From Candidatus Delongbacteria bacterium (lineage in GTDB: Bacteria; CAIWAD01): 64,000 bases of DNA. The stretch covers positions 1,600,001 through 1,664,000 of the forward strand of contig OY760505.1 in the NCBI GenBank assembly GCA_963663545.1, given 5' to 3'. Shown here piece after piece: positions 28,431 to 38,890 of the stretch. The number at the start of each line of letters is the position of its first letter. Position 1 is the first letter of the stretch. A program made the position numbers and the translations under genes. A model generated the notes under the pieces. That model was not told the DNA's origin, did not search any database, and was given only the letters and a program-made list of their open reading frames with translations.

Positions 28431-29831
28431 TTGGAGGACTCTTTGAGCACTTGCCCACCTCATCTGTCACACTTGCCCAAACGCATTCACTTCGCGGGAA
28501 TCGGGGGCGCCGGTATGAGCGGTTTGGCCCTTGCCTTGCACGAGGCCGGGTTCCTTGTCGGAGGAAGTGACAGAACAAGTACTCCGGTAACTCGGATGTT
28601 GCAACAGGCTGGCATTGATGTACGAATCGGCCAGGGTGACTTCATCGAGGCGACGGATCTTGTTGTGCGAACAGCAGCGATGCCGCTTTCGCACCCAGAG
28701 TTGGTGACCGTAGCCGCACGCGGTATCCCCATTGTTAAACGCGCCGAGTTGCTCGCCCAGTTGTGTCACACACCGTGCTCCATTGCTGTGGCAGGCACAC
28801 ACGGAAAGACGACTATCACCGCCATTCTTTCCTGGCTGTTGGAGGCGTGCATCCCGGGTGCGGGATGGTTCATTGGCGGCATTCCCCCCATCCAAAAACC
28901 AGCCTTTCTCGGAGATGGACGTATCACGGCCTGCGAAGCCGATGAATACGATCGATCCTTCCTGCACCTCTCGCCAACCCACCTCCTGCTCGGAAAAGTG
29001 GATTGGGATCACGTTGACACGTATCCAACGCGCGAATCCATGCATGCGAGTTTTAATCAGCTTGTTGACGGAATCCGCGGAAATGCGCCCTTGATTTTGC
29101 AGGATCCGCAGGAAAACGGCTGGCGGCCTCAGTCCGTGAGCCACGGAACACGACGAGCCATTCTCGTTGGCGAGGCCAATCATTGCGCAGCTCGTATCAC
29201 GGGTATTGAGCAGGACAGCTTTCAGCTCGTTCTTCCTGATAGCAGGCCAATTCGTTGCAGCCTTAAGATGGCGGGCGCTCACAACCGACGGAACGCGGCG
29301 ACGGCCATGACATGGTTGTTGTCAGGTGAGTGGGGTGGCTCTGTTGACCCACAATTGGCAATCGAAGCCCTGGCTACTTTCCCGGGAATCGACCGGCGGT
29401 GTCAAATTGTATCACGAAGCGGGTCACGTATTCTTGTTGACGACTACGCACACCACCCCAGTGAAATTCGTGCTTGTATTCAAGCGCTACGGGAACTGTG
29501 TGACGGCGAGATTATCGTGATACATCAACCCCACACCTATTCACGCGTTCGAGCCTTTGCACAAGAAACCGGAGAGGCGCTGAGCGGGGCAGATCGTGTG
29601 ATCCTTTGGCCGATTTTTCCTGCACGCGAAGACCCCATGCCTGGCGTGTCACACGAGAGCATTCTTCCTTTCGTGTCACATAACAACGCACAAGCGGTTT
29701 CCTCTTTAGAGGAGCTACTTGACGCCTTGACGCCGTTGCCTGAAAGCGCACTCGTTGCTACAGTCGGCGCGGGCGATTTGTATCTGCAGCACCAATCACT
29801 CGCATCATTCCTGGAGCTTGATCGTGCCTGA
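28431..29831 (+). CDS. murC: UDP-N-acetylmuramate--L-alanine ligase (MurC family)
   Basis: IHFAGIGGAGMSGLA, VAGTHGKTT, EADEYDRSFL, DHVD, DDYAHHPSE, QPHTYSR, GAGD. Confidence 0.88.
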   Translation: MEDSLSTCPPHLSHLPKRIHFAGIGGAGMSGLALALHEAGFLVGGSDRTSTPVTRMLQQAGIDVRIGQGDFIEATDLVVRTAAMPLSHPELVTVAARGIPIVKRAELLAQLCHTPCSIAVAGTHGKTTITAILSWLLEACIPGAGWFIGGIPPIQKPAFLGDGRITACEADEYDRSFLHLSPTHLLLGKVDWDHVDTYPTRESMHASFNQLVDGIRGNAPLILQDPQENGWRPQSVSHGTRRAILVGEANHCAARITGIEQDSFQLVLPDSRPIRCSLKMAGAHNRRNAATAMTWLLSGEWGGSVDPQLAIEALATFPGIDRRCQIVSRSGSRILVDDYAHHPSEIRACIQALRELCDGEIIVIHQPHTYSRVRAFAQETGEALSGADRVILWPIFPAREDPMPGVSHESILPFVSHNNAQAVSSLEELLDALTPLPESALVATVGAGDLYLQHQSLASFLELDRA

Positions 29832-30666
29832 GAATACTCTCCCCTTGGAGTTCACAAAGCTCTCCGCGTGCGGAAACGATTTCGTCGCCATTGATAACAG
29901 AAATGAACTTCTCAACGGTTCCGAGGCCGATCTGCTTCGCTATCTGTGTGACCGGCGACTGTGTGCTGGCGCTGATGGGGTTTTGTTTGTCGAGAAGCCA
30001 CGCATCGCAGAAACACTGTTTCATATGCGCATTTTCAATCCCGACGGAAGCGAAGCCTGGATGTGCGGAAACGGTGCACGCGCGTGCGCTCAATTTGCTC
30101 ACCAGCTGGGAATAGGTGGCAACACACTCCTCTTCGGAACACGAGCCGGACTGCAACGCGTCACGCTATCGGGCTCTAGCAGCTCGCTGTGGCTCCCTGA
30201 TCCTACTCCTGCGGCACCTCCAATTCCCGATGCGCTTCAGTGTGACACATTGGTGATCTCACAACTGCAGGGTTCTCCACTTGGCTTCGTGCGAGTGGGC
30301 GTGCCGCATTTCGTTGTTCTCTGTGAAACAGATATCTGGCACTATCCTATTGAAAGCGAAGGCCCTCTCCTTCGGTATCACAACGCCTTCGCACCAGAGG
30401 GCAGCAATGTGATGTTCGTTCAACAGCTGGCAACTGACGAGTTGTTGCTGCGAGCATGGGAAAAAGGCGTCGAGGCGGAAACATGGGGGTGCGGTACAGG
30501 ATCAGTGGCCGCCTGTCTATTGCTCCACTCTCATGGTAAGCTAGACGACACAGTTTGTGTGCACATGAAGGGGGGGGATCTTATTGTATCACGGAATGAT
30601 AGTGGCTGGAGTTTCTCTGGTGAAATTCACACTTCGTATCACGCAAAGACCGAGGTGCCGATCTGA
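29824..30666 (+). CDS. dapF: Diaminopimelate epimerase
   Basis: GNDF, GADG, NPDGSEAWMCGNGARA, GVPH, EKGVEAETWGCGTG. GTG 29824 overlaps the murC end. Confidence 0.93.
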   Translation: MPENTLPLEFTKLSACGNDFVAIDNRNELLNGSEADLLRYLCDRRLCAGADGVLFVEKPRIAETLFHMRIFNPDGSEAWMCGNGARACAQFAHQLGIGGNTLLFGTRAGLQRVTLSGSSSSLWLPDPTPAAPPIPDALQCDTLVISQLQGSPLGFVRVGVPHFVVLCETDIWHYPIESEGPLLRYHNAFAPEGSNVMFVQQLATDELLLRAWEKGVEAETWGCGTGSVAACLLLHSHGKLDDTVCVHMKGGDLIVSRNDSGWSFSGEIHTSYHAKTEVPI

Positions 30667-30682
30667 GCTGTAATTGGCCCGT

Positions 30683-32065
30683 CTAGTAGGCACCGCGTTG
30701 TTTGAACAGCACCACCACTGTCCGCAGAAGTATGCGCAAGTCCATCCAGATGGTCCAGTTGCGGATGTAGTACATATCCATTTTGACGCGCTCTTCATAG
30801 GAAACATCATTTCGTCCACTGATCTGCCACAAACCAGTGAGGCCTGGCCGCACAATCATGGCGTTCTCGAGCCAGACGCCAACCTTCTTCTGCTCTTCCC
30901 GGACTTTGGGACGCGGGCCAACCAGCGACATGTCACCGCGCAAAACATTGAACAACTGCGGAAGCTCATCAAGGGAGCTGCTTCGCAAGAACCGCCCCAA
31001 TTGCGTGATACGGGGATCCTCGCGCAACTTGTGACTGGCTTCCCACTCTTTTTGCGCCGCAGGATTCTCCTGTAGAAGCTCCTCCAGTGCCTCTTGTGCT
31101 CCAACAATCATTGTACGCACCTTGTACTGGTTGAAAGTACGCCCCCCGCGCCCCCACCGTTTACCAGCGTACAGAACGGGTCCGGGCGAGTCCAGCTTCA
31201 CCAGCACAGCAATTACCGCCAGTAGCGGCAGTGCGAAAAGAAGTCCAAACGAGGATATGGCTATATCCAAGCTGCGCTTCACCACCTGGTTAAATGGGCT
31301 TCGCAAACTCTGATTGAAACTAAAAACCGGATGCGGCCCCATGTGGTAGCTCTCGACTTCGGCAATGTCCATTGTCGCAAGGTCTGGTAACAGATAGAGC
31401 TGTTGCACCTTTCCCAGCACGCGCTTCAGCAAACGCATTAAATCATCGCGATGGGTTCCACTGGAAACAATCAGCACTTGTTGTACCTGGTGTTGCGAAA
31501 GCAGCTCCAGCAGACGGTCCTCGTTACCAAGTACGGGTAAACCGGCGAGTGTTGTATCACCGCAGTCTTTCCCGAGAAGCACTACCCCTTGAAGTCCAAA
31601 GTCCCGCAAAGGCCGCTGTTTCAATTCATCGGGAAGCAAAGTCGAGAGGCTTTGTTTCTCGCCAACGAGCAAGGTAGTCGCAGAAAGGCTCCGACGTGTG
31701 AGAAACACTTGTATCACAACGCGAACAAGCGGCAGCGCAAGGAGGACGATTAACGATCCTAGGATGACATGTATTACGTCGAGCTCAATTTCTGCTCTCG
31801 TTAGAAAGAGCATCACACCCAGCAAGACCAGGCTCTTGAATAGAGCCCGTAACACAGCGAAGTACAGATCCCATACATCCCGGGCCGAAGTACGAAACAG
31901 ACTTTCCTGCCACGCCATTACTCCCCAGACAACAGGAAAAAGCAACAGCAGTCCCGGGTTGCCACTAGTAGCGCCCAGCAAGTGCTGCACCCCTATCACC
32001 AAGGCGGCAAGGATAATCAAGCCAAGGTCCAGACCGAATAGCAACAGCCCCAACAGGAAGCGCAT
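30683..32065 (-). CDS. Undecaprenyl-phosphate sugar phosphotransferase (WbaP/WcaJ family)
   Basis: N-terminal TMs; KRSLDI, DPRITQLGRFLRSSSLDELPQLFNVLRGDMSLVGPRP, RPGLTGLWQISGR. Confidence 0.93.
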   Translation of the reverse strand: MRFLLGLLLFGLDLGLIILAALVIGVQHLLGATSGNPGLLLLFPVVWGVMAWQESLFRTSARDVWDLYFAVLRALFKSLVLLGVMLFLTRAEIELDVIHVILGSLIVLLALPLVRVVIQVFLTRRSLSATTLLVGEKQSLSTLLPDELKQRPLRDFGLQGVVLLGKDCGDTTLAGLPVLGNEDRLLELLSQHQVQQVLIVSSGTHRDDLMRLLKRVLGKVQQLYLLPDLATMDIAEVESYHMGPHPVFSFNQSLRSPFNQVVKRSLDIAISSFGLLFALPLLAVIAVLVKLDSPGPVLYAGKRWGRGGRTFNQYKVRTMIVGAQEALEELLQENPAAQKEWEASHKLREDPRITQLGRFLRSSSLDELPQLFNVLRGDMSLVGPRPKVREEQKKVGVWLENAMIVRPGLTGLWQISGRNDVSYEERVKMDMYYIRNWTIWMDLRILLRTVVVLFKQRGAY

Positions 32066-32077
32066 GGTGCTGGTTCC

Positions 32078-33469
32078 CTAATCCAGATTCAAGTCGTGCT
32101 TCTTGATTCTATAGCGCATTGTCTCACGACTGAGCCCAAGCATACGCGCGGCACGTGACACATTGTAACGCGCCTTCTGCATGGCTCTGGCCAGAAGCAC
32201 TTTCTCAAATTCCACGATCGAAAACCCATCCTCGGGTATTTCGAAATCATAGCCGATGCGTACGCGCGTCTCCTCGCCCTCGCTCTTGCGATCTGCGCTA
32301 CGCCGCCGCCAAAGATGCAGATGCTCGGCCTCTACCCAGTCTTCGGCTTCGATCAGCACCGCTCGCTCGATTGTATTACGCAACTCACGCACGTTGCCGG
32401 GCCAATTGTAATTGCGCAACGCGTCATTGGCTGCGGGACTCAGGCCCTTGATGTTGCGATTGTACTCGCGGGCAAAGCGGTTGATGAAGAACTCCGCCAG
32501 CGTAAGCACATCCTCACCGCGCTCGCGCAATGATGGCAGCTCAAGCACGATCACACTCAGACGAAAATAGAGGTCCTCGCGGAACTGGTGTTCCACAAGC
32601 ATCTGGTCCAAGTTTTTGTGTGTTGCAGCAATGAAGCGGATGTCGACGGGAATCTTGCGTGATCCACCGACTCTGCGAATGCAGCGTTCTTCCAGCACAC
32701 GCAGGATTTTCGCCTGCAGTTGAAAATCCATGTCACCAATTTCGTCCAGAAAGAAAGTACCTCCGTCAGCACGTTCGATCAGGCCGATCTTGCGTTCCTT
32801 TGCATCGGTAAAGGCACCCTTCTCATGACCGAAGAGCTCCGACTCGAGCAGTGTGGAGGGAATAGCGGAGCAATTGACTTCTACGAATGGCTCATCACGA
32901 CGATCACTGTTGAAGTGGATGGCGCGCGCAAAAAGCTCCTTACCAGTACCCGTCTCACCGCGAATCAACACGGTGTTTGCGGATGAAGAGGCTACCTTTT
33001 GCGTGGTCTGCTTGGCACGCATCATTGCCTGTGAATCACCAATGATCTCAGAAAAATCGTAGCTGCCTTCGCGACTGGCAACCAGTTCTCGCTGTAAACG
33101 ATCACGAAGCTCTTTGCCTGCACGCTCAACCAGTAGACGCAGCTGCTCCAGATTGAGCGGCTTGATCAGAAAGTCGTCTGCCCCCTGCTTCATGGCCGTC
33201 ACGACGCGATTGCTGTCGTACTCCCCGGTAATCATAATGCAGTGCAGATTTTCGTTTCCGCTGCGCAACCTTTCCAATACGGCCATTCCCGAGATATCAG
33301 GAAGATTCACGTCGATGATTGTGATATCCGGCGGCGATTGCTCGACGGCATCTACAATGTCACGACCACGCTGGAAGAGTTGAACATCGTGTCCCAGACC
33401 GCTCAAAAACTCCTGCAGGACTTTACGTGTCGTTGCATCATCGTCAACGATATAAATGCTGTGGCCCAC
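32078..33469 (-). CDS. NtrC-family sigma-54-dependent response regulator
   Basis: Receiver domain (VDDD, DVNLPD, KP); [28 protein letters not shown]; Fis HTH. Confidence 0.95.
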   Translation of the reverse strand: MGHSIYIVDDDATTRKVLQEFLSGLGHDVQLFQRGRDIVDAVEQSPPDITIIDVNLPDISGMAVLERLRSGNENLHCIMITGEYDSNRVVTAMKQGADDFLIKPLNLEQLRLLVERAGKELRDRLQRELVASREGSYDFSEIIGDSQAMMRAKQTTQKVASSSANTVLIRGETGTGKELFARAIHFNSDRRDEPFVEVNCSAIPSTLLESELFGHEKGAFTDAKERKIGLIERADGGTFFLDEIGDMDFQLQAKILRVLEERCIRRVGGSRKIPVDIRFIAATHKNLDQMLVEHQFREDLYFRLSVIVLELPSLRERGEDVLTLAEFFINRFAREYNRNIKGLSPAANDALRNYNWPGNVRELRNTIERAVLIEAEDWVEAEHLHLWRRRSADRKSEGEETRVRIGYDFEIPEDGFSIVEFEKVLLARAMQKARYNVSRAARMLGLSRETMRYRIKKHDLNLD

Positions 33470-33484
33470 CTTCTCCTCCTATCC

Positions 33485-34591
33485 CTATATCAGGGTCTCA
33501 TAGATTTGCACGTAATTCATGTAACGCAGCTCGGCAATCCGTCCCTCCTCAACAGCCTGCTTCACCGCACAATCTGGCTCCGCCAGATGCCGGCAATTGC
33601 TGAATCGGCAATTGGGCGCCTGTAATACAAACTCCGGGAAAAGCTGTGGCAGCTCTTCGGGAGTGATTCCGTAAAGGGCGAACTCCTTAATTCCCGGTGT
33701 GTCAACAACGTGACCACCAAAGGCAAAAGGAATGAGTCTTGATGCTGTTGTCGTGTGACGACCCTTACGCGCTTGCTGCATCACGGTGGCAATGGGAAGC
33801 TGCAGCTCCGCGTCCAGGGCATTTAGCAACGAACTCTTTCCTACGCCGCTTTGCCCGCTAAGGACCGATGTTCGGCCACGCAGCGTATCACGTAGTTCGT
33901 CTAGGCCTTGACCCGACACAGCGCTCACTTCGAGCACGGGAATCCCCAATTCGCGCCAGATTTCGGCTGTATCACAGAACTCCCTCTCTGCATCCAGATC
34001 AATCTTGTTGAGGCAGATCACAGGAGGGATATCGTACTTGCCAGCGGTGACCAAGTAGCGGTCGATCAACCCCGGTTTCAAGTAAGGATCTCGAACCGAT
34101 GCCACGATGACCAACTGATCGATATTGGCAACGATAACCTGCTCGATATCTGTGTGCAGCTTGGCTGCACGACATAGGCGATTGCTGCGCTGATAGACTT
34201 CGACAATCACACCACCGCCATCACCAGCCTGTATCACGGCCACACGATCTCCGACAGCCACAAGCGTACTGTCCTCGTGTGGCGTTCGGGTCGTGGAACG
34301 GCTGCGACACTGTATCACGCCTTCGGCAGTTTCAACGGCAAAGGTGTTCCGCGTATACCCGATAACCAGGCCGTCCGTCGATTTCTCTGTGTCACGCTGT
34401 AACTGGGTATTCTTGGTTCTAACCGTGCGGAGAACGCGTAAATCAGCCACCTCTTCTGCCTGCTCGAGTCCCAACTCTGTGCCGCGCTGCATGGTTGTAG
34501 CACGTAATAGTTCGCGACGCTCTTCTTGGCGATCCTGCTCCACCTTCTGTCTGCGCTCGCGGCGCTTCTTTGTCCAAGTGCGTTGGGCCAT
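33485..34591 (-). CDS. rsgA: Ribosome small subunit-dependent GTPase A
   Basis: NKID, GQSGVGKSS, GRHTTT, DTPG, and the CRFSNCRHLAEPDC zinc motif. Confidence 0.96.
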   Translation of the reverse strand: MAQRTWTKKRRERRQKVEQDRQEERRELLRATTMQRGTELGLEQAEEVADLRVLRTVRTKNTQLQRDTEKSTDGLVIGYTRNTFAVETAEGVIQCRSRSTTRTPHEDSTLVAVGDRVAVIQAGDGGGVIVEVYQRSNRLCRAAKLHTDIEQVIVANIDQLVIVASVRDPYLKPGLIDRYLVTAGKYDIPPVICLNKIDLDAEREFCDTAEIWRELGIPVLEVSAVSGQGLDELRDTLRGRTSVLSGQSGVGKSSLLNALDAELQLPIATVMQQARKGRHTTTASRLIPFAFGGHVVDTPGIKEFALYGITPEELPQLFPEFVLQAPNCRFSNCRHLAEPDCAVKQAVEEGRIAELRYMNYVQIYETLI

Positions 34592-34594
34592 AGG

Positions 34595-35917
34595 TCAGGA
34601 TTCCTGATGCAAGAGGGCGTAGGCTTTCGCCTCGCTGTGTCCGCGGCTCTCCTTAAGCGTGAGCAGCAGAACAGTTCCGATAACAAAGAAGACCAGTAAA
34701 GACACAATGCCGATGCGTAATTCCCCCGTGATCCAGGTGATGACACCAAAAGTGCCCATCCCCAGAATATTGGCGCCATAGGACGACATGGTGAAAAAGC
34801 CGAAGAACTCGTTCTCCATTCCCTTTGGCAGTATCACCGACTGCAGAGCGCGTGATACGCCCTGGCTGCCTCCCATAGCAACTCCTGCCAGAATGCCGAT
34901 CAGCCAGAATTCCATGCGGGCATCACCAAAAATACCCAGGTACCAGGCCCAGACGAGCACCAGCTCCCAGACACCTAGCGCAGCGATCAGAGTCCAGCGC
35001 TTACCCAGCAGGTCGGCGATATATCCAAAGAGCATAGCGCCTGCTAACGCCGTGAATTGTATCACAAGAAAGAACACGACAAGCTGTCCCTGATCCATGC
35101 CCAATTCCATCGCACCGAAAATCGCCGCAAGCCGTATCACAGTTTCTACGCCCGTTCCAAACACGAGATTGGCCAGCAAAAAGCGCTTGAGCGTTGGCAG
35201 CTCACGAAAATGGTGCAGTGTCGTGCGGACTCGCCTCCAGCCAATTTTCAAGTAACCGCCCATGCTTCCAGCCTGTTGCGGTGTCGGCGTATCACGCAAG
35301 AGAATCATTGTGGGCAGCCCGAACAGCAACCACCAAAAAGCTGTCATGCCAAAACTATAGCGGTACTCGAAGCCCGGCACATGCTGCGCCAGCAGCAAAA
35401 TGATTACCAGCAGCAAGCCGCCTCCTAAATAGCCGGCAGCGTAGCCAATGCCGGAGAGGCGCCCCTCTTGACCCGGTGGAGCAATCTCCGGTAGAAATGC
35501 ATCGTAGAATACGGTGCCCGCACCAAACCCTACTGACGCGAAGATGAACAGCAGCGAGGCGAGGAGGAGGTCACCGGCGCCCATGAAAGTCAGAAGTCCC
35601 GTGCAAACCAGGCCCAGAATCCACGCATAGCGCAGATAGCGTCGCTTTCGACCCGAGAAATCCGCCAGTGCACCAATGACAGGAGAAGCCAATGCAACAA
35701 GGCCAAGCGCCAGCACATTGATGAAACTGTAGAGGGTGACACCGGGAATACGCAGTTCATATCCAAGCAGTCGGAAGGTGCTTCCCTCCACACCGCCCGC
35801 AATCACACTCGTATAGTAGGTGTTGAAAATTACCGCCAGTACGACGACGGCAAAGGCGCTATTGGCAAAATCGTAGGCCACCCAGCCCACTGCCGCGCGC
35901 AGACGCAGTTTCGTCAT
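34595..35917 (-). CDS. MFS transporter, UMF1/Atg22-like family
   Basis: WVAYDFANSAF, FYDAFLPEIA, SGIGYAAGYLGG, ~12 TM helices. Confidence 0.88.
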   Translation of the reverse strand: MTKLRLRAAVGWVAYDFANSAFAVVVLAVIFNTYYTSVIAGGVEGSTFRLLGYELRIPGVTLYSFINVLALGLVALASPVIGALADFSGRKRRYLRYAWILGLVCTGLLTFMGAGDLLLASLLFIFASVGFGAGTVFYDAFLPEIAPPGQEGRLSGIGYAAGYLGGGLLLVIILLLAQHVPGFEYRYSFGMTAFWWLLFGLPTMILLRDTPTPQQAGSMGGYLKIGWRRVRTTLHHFRELPTLKRFLLANLVFGTGVETVIRLAAIFGAMELGMDQGQLVVFFLVIQFTALAGAMLFGYIADLLGKRWTLIAALGVWELVLVWAWYLGIFGDARMEFWLIGILAGVAMGGSQGVSRALQSVILPKGMENEFFGFFTMSSYGANILGMGTFGVITWITGELRIGIVSLLVFFVIGTVLLLTLKESRGHSEAKAYALLHQES

Positions 35918-36009
35918 ATTCCCCAAAATCCATGTACGCAAATCGTGGTTTATACCAACCAAGATCGGATAGCATAGAGGGGAAAGCAAGATGATGAGCG
36001 GGGAAGCTG

Positions 36010-36768
36010 TCAGCGATCGAGCTGTTTATGCAACGTAGTTCGCAGCGCCTGTTCGTCAGACATTTTGAGCAGCACGCCATTTTGCACAACTGAGATGTTA
36101 CCCGTTTCCTCGGATACAACGACCACAATGGCATCCGAGCTCTCCGAGATACCCAGAGCGGCACGATGTCGGGTGCCCAAACTAAGGTCTACATCCGGGT
36201 TTTCCGTCAGCGGTAGAATGCACGATGCCGCAACGAGACGGTTTCCCTCAATGAGTGCGGCGCCATCATGAAGCGGGGTTCGCGGAAAAAACAGGCTGAC
36301 CAGAAGCTGGCTTGTTACTTCGGCATCCAGACGGATGCCCGTCTCGACTACACCCTTGATGCCCGTATTGCGAATGAGCACAATCAGACCACCATACTGG
36401 CGCGAAGAAAGATCCACCGCAGCACGTACGACTTCTTCGATCACACCCGTCGGACGCAATTGCAGAAAGCGATTGATCAACGGGCTGTTGCCGGTTTGAA
36501 TGAGAAAACGTCTGAGCTCGGGCTGGAAGAGAATGACCACAGCGATGGCCCACACGGTCGCGAACTCGCGGAAGATGAGCGAGAGCAGCGCCAGTTCCAT
36601 TACCTGCACGACGAAATAGAAGAAGAGAATCAGCAGCATGCCAAAGAACATGGGCACGGCACGGGTTCCCTTCATCAAGCGATAGCCCTGATACACCAGC
36701 ACGCTGACGAGCAGAATATCCACCAGATCGCGCCAGCCGGGTTGCAAGATGTGCCAGGTTTGGGTCAT
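36010..36768 (-). CDS. cdaA: Diadenylate cyclase CdaA/DacA
   Basis: Three N-terminal TMs, FQPELRR, PLHDGA and GTRHRAA catalytic motifs, VSEETG. Confidence 0.95.
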   Translation of the reverse strand: MTQTWHILQPGWRDLVDILLVSVLVYQGYRLMKGTRAVPMFFGMLLILFFYFVVQVMELALLSLIFREFATVWAIAVVILFQPELRRFLIQTGNSPLINRFLQLRPTGVIEEVVRAAVDLSSRQYGGLIVLIRNTGIKGVVETGIRLDAEVTSQLLVSLFFPRTPLHDGAALIEGNRLVAASCILPLTENPDVDLSLGTRHRAALGISESSDAIVVVVSEETGNISVVQNGVLLKMSDEQALRTTLHKQLDR

Positions 36769-37448
36769 ACTCGCCTTCGTCCTCGTGTTGGACGGAATTC
36801 CTGTAGATACAAGGGCTCGAGCCCATCTAAATCAGCAGCGCCGTATTCCTGAAAACGACGACGCCCCAGTTCACAAAGCCACGCGAGCGAAAGCTCGCAA
36901 TCGGCCGCATCAGCCAGTCGCAACCGACGCGGAAGAGGGGCAACATCCTGCTGCCGCAACTCCGCTACAGCTGGCCCCAGGACCAGCGCGTCTTCTTCAA
37001 CAGCGCTCAAGAAGCTCTCGTGCGACAACCACTGAAACTCGCCAAGCCGTTTCACGCAACCGCATTCCGCCTGGTAAGGCGCAGTGTACACTTCGCCGCG
37101 ACGGGCGGGCATGACGGGACGCACAATTCTATCGGAATTTGCCGACTGCCAGGCCAGCACGTCCAGCGTACAGACATCGACCAGGGGCACATTACCACCA
37201 GCCGCCAGCCCTTTTGCCGTCGCCAGGCCAACGCGCAACCCTGTAAAGGAGCCAGGCCCGTTTGCATGCACGATCAGCTCCAGATCCGTGACACGCAGTT
37301 GTTGACGTTTAAGCATCGTGTCAATGGCGGGCGCGAGCTCTTCTCCGGCTCGCAGTGGGGGCGCAAAAGAATGCTGCTCCAGCAATCCATCGCCAGCCAG
37401 CAAAATGCCGCAAAGGGAAGTAGAAGTGTTGATTGCCAGCGTGAGCAA
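36765..37448 (-). CDS. tsaB: tRNA threonylcarbamoyladenosine biosynthesis protein TsaB
   Basis: LAINTST, GPGSFTGLRVG, ARRGEVY, LEPLY. Confidence 0.93.
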   Translation of the reverse strand: MLTLAINTSTSLCGILLAGDGLLEQHSFAPPLRAGEELAPAIDTMLKRQQLRVTDLELIVHANGPGSFTGLRVGLATAKGLAAGGNVPLVDVCTLDVLAWQSANSDRIVRPVMPARRGEVYTAPYQAECGCVKRLGEFQWLSHESFLSAVEEDALVLGPAVAELRQQDVAPLPRRLRLADAADCELSLAWLCELGRRRFQEYGAADLDGLEPLYLQEFRPTRGRRRV

Positions 37449-37510
37449 ATTTCCGACCCCGGGTGTATCACAGCCACCGCACTTGGGCTTAAGATAAGAA
37501 AGAGGTCCGA

Positions 37511-38872
37511 TCAGTTCTGCAGCTTATGCCCAACAGCCAGCTCCAAATCAGCAAGTCGGTCGTGAAAAGCCAACACTCGTCGCAAATGGTCACTCTCGGC
37601 GCGGCGAAACACGGCCTCCGCCGATTGCACATTCAGCAAGGGAGCCAGGCCAAGCTGATAGCGTTCGCGCTCCAACTCCAAACTGCGTCGGGCCAATTCT
37701 CGGTTAAGACCGGTCAACTCACACTCGTCAAAGAGTGAATGCAGCTCGGCCAGCGCAGCGCGCACCTCCGTCTCCACTTCAAGCACAAATTGCTCTTCTT
37801 CCAGCTGACGTTTGCGCAACTCAACGCGACTGCGCTCAAATGTATCACGCGTCTGGAAGCCCTGGAACAAGGGCAAACTGAGTGTCACACCGATGCTGTT
37901 GGAATAATCCTCGGGAAGGTAATCGAAGTCAAACTCTCCTGATCGCGGTGTGTTACGCGAATGGCTGGCGTTCAAGTCCAGGCTTGGAAGAAAACCGGCA
38001 CGTGCTACACGCACATCCTGTTGTGCAGACTCAACGCTGTTGCGCGTTTGTATCACATCCGGACGTCGCGCCGCCTGCTGCAACAACTCGTTCTCGCCCC
38101 AGTGCGGCTCAAAGGCTTCAAAACTCATCAGCAGTTTGACTGGGGCACCCGATTGCGCCCCCAAGAGCAAGGCCAGGTCATCCCAACTGGACTGATGCTC
38201 GCGACGGGCGGCCTCCACAGCCACTTTCTGTTGTCCGCGGTTGATCTCAGCCTGTAACACATCCAACTCAGTCGCCGTGCCTACCTCGTTCTTTGCAGCC
38301 GCCAAATTGTACTGTTCACCACTCTCCACCAGCAGTGCCTCTTCGCTGGAAAGCAGGGCTTCAGCCGCTAGCACGCGATGCGCGGCCTTTTTTAGCTGCA
38401 TGCGGAATTCCTGACGTGCGTGGGTCTCCTCCTGCTGCAGGTTCTGGTCCAAAAGCAACGCCTTGCGCATCCGTGCCCAGTTGGCCATGCCCGCAAAGAG
38501 ATTCTGGCTGAACGACGCACTCAGCCCCACCGTTGAAGATTTTGGATGTATCACAGTATTGTGGCCGACCGATCCATCAGCGTTCTCGAAGGACTCCGTG
38601 CGCTGCCAGGATTGCCCAAGGCCATAACTGAAGCTCAACGTCGGCAATAGCTCACCATAGGCGGCAAGGCGATCCCAGCCACGAACGCCAAGGTCCAGCG
38701 ACACACTCTGCAGCTCCAGGTTGGAACTCTCGCCCAATTGCATCAGCTGATCAAATGTGTAACCATGTGAGTTATCCAGAGCAGGACGCCCGGCAGCGTG
38801 AAGTGGTGTAGCTGACAGGCCAAGAACAAGCAGACCACCAAGAAGGCGGCCTGCGCTGAATACTGTCTTCAA
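37511..38872 (-). CDS. TolC-family outer-membrane efflux protein
   Basis: Signal peptide and a duplicated OEP pattern (LLPTLS/FLPSLD, VGTATELDVLQA, LSLPLFQG, YQLGLAPLLNV). Confidence 0.9.
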   Translation of the reverse strand: MKTVFSAGRLLGGLLVLGLSATPLHAAGRPALDNSHGYTFDQLMQLGESSNLELQSVSLDLGVRGWDRLAAYGELLPTLSFSYGLGQSWQRTESFENADGSVGHNTVIHPKSSTVGLSASFSQNLFAGMANWARMRKALLLDQNLQQEETHARQEFRMQLKKAAHRVLAAEALLSSEEALLVESGEQYNLAAAKNEVGTATELDVLQAEINRGQQKVAVEAARREHQSSWDDLALLLGAQSGAPVKLLMSFEAFEPHWGENELLQQAARRPDVIQTRNSVESAQQDVRVARAGFLPSLDLNASHSRNTPRSGEFDFDYLPEDYSNSIGVTLSLPLFQGFQTRDTFERSRVELRKRQLEEEQFVLEVETEVRAALAELHSLFDECELTGLNRELARRSLELERERYQLGLAPLLNVQSAEAVFRRAESDHLRRVLAFHDRLADLELAVGHKLQN

Positions 38873-38890
38873 GGAATTCCTCCCCGGGGG

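Noticed and set aside
36010..36768. cdaA as a novel or defence-related cyclic dinucleotide system
   Set aside because: An ordinary three-TM CdaA in housekeeping context, with no CBASS-type effectors nearby.
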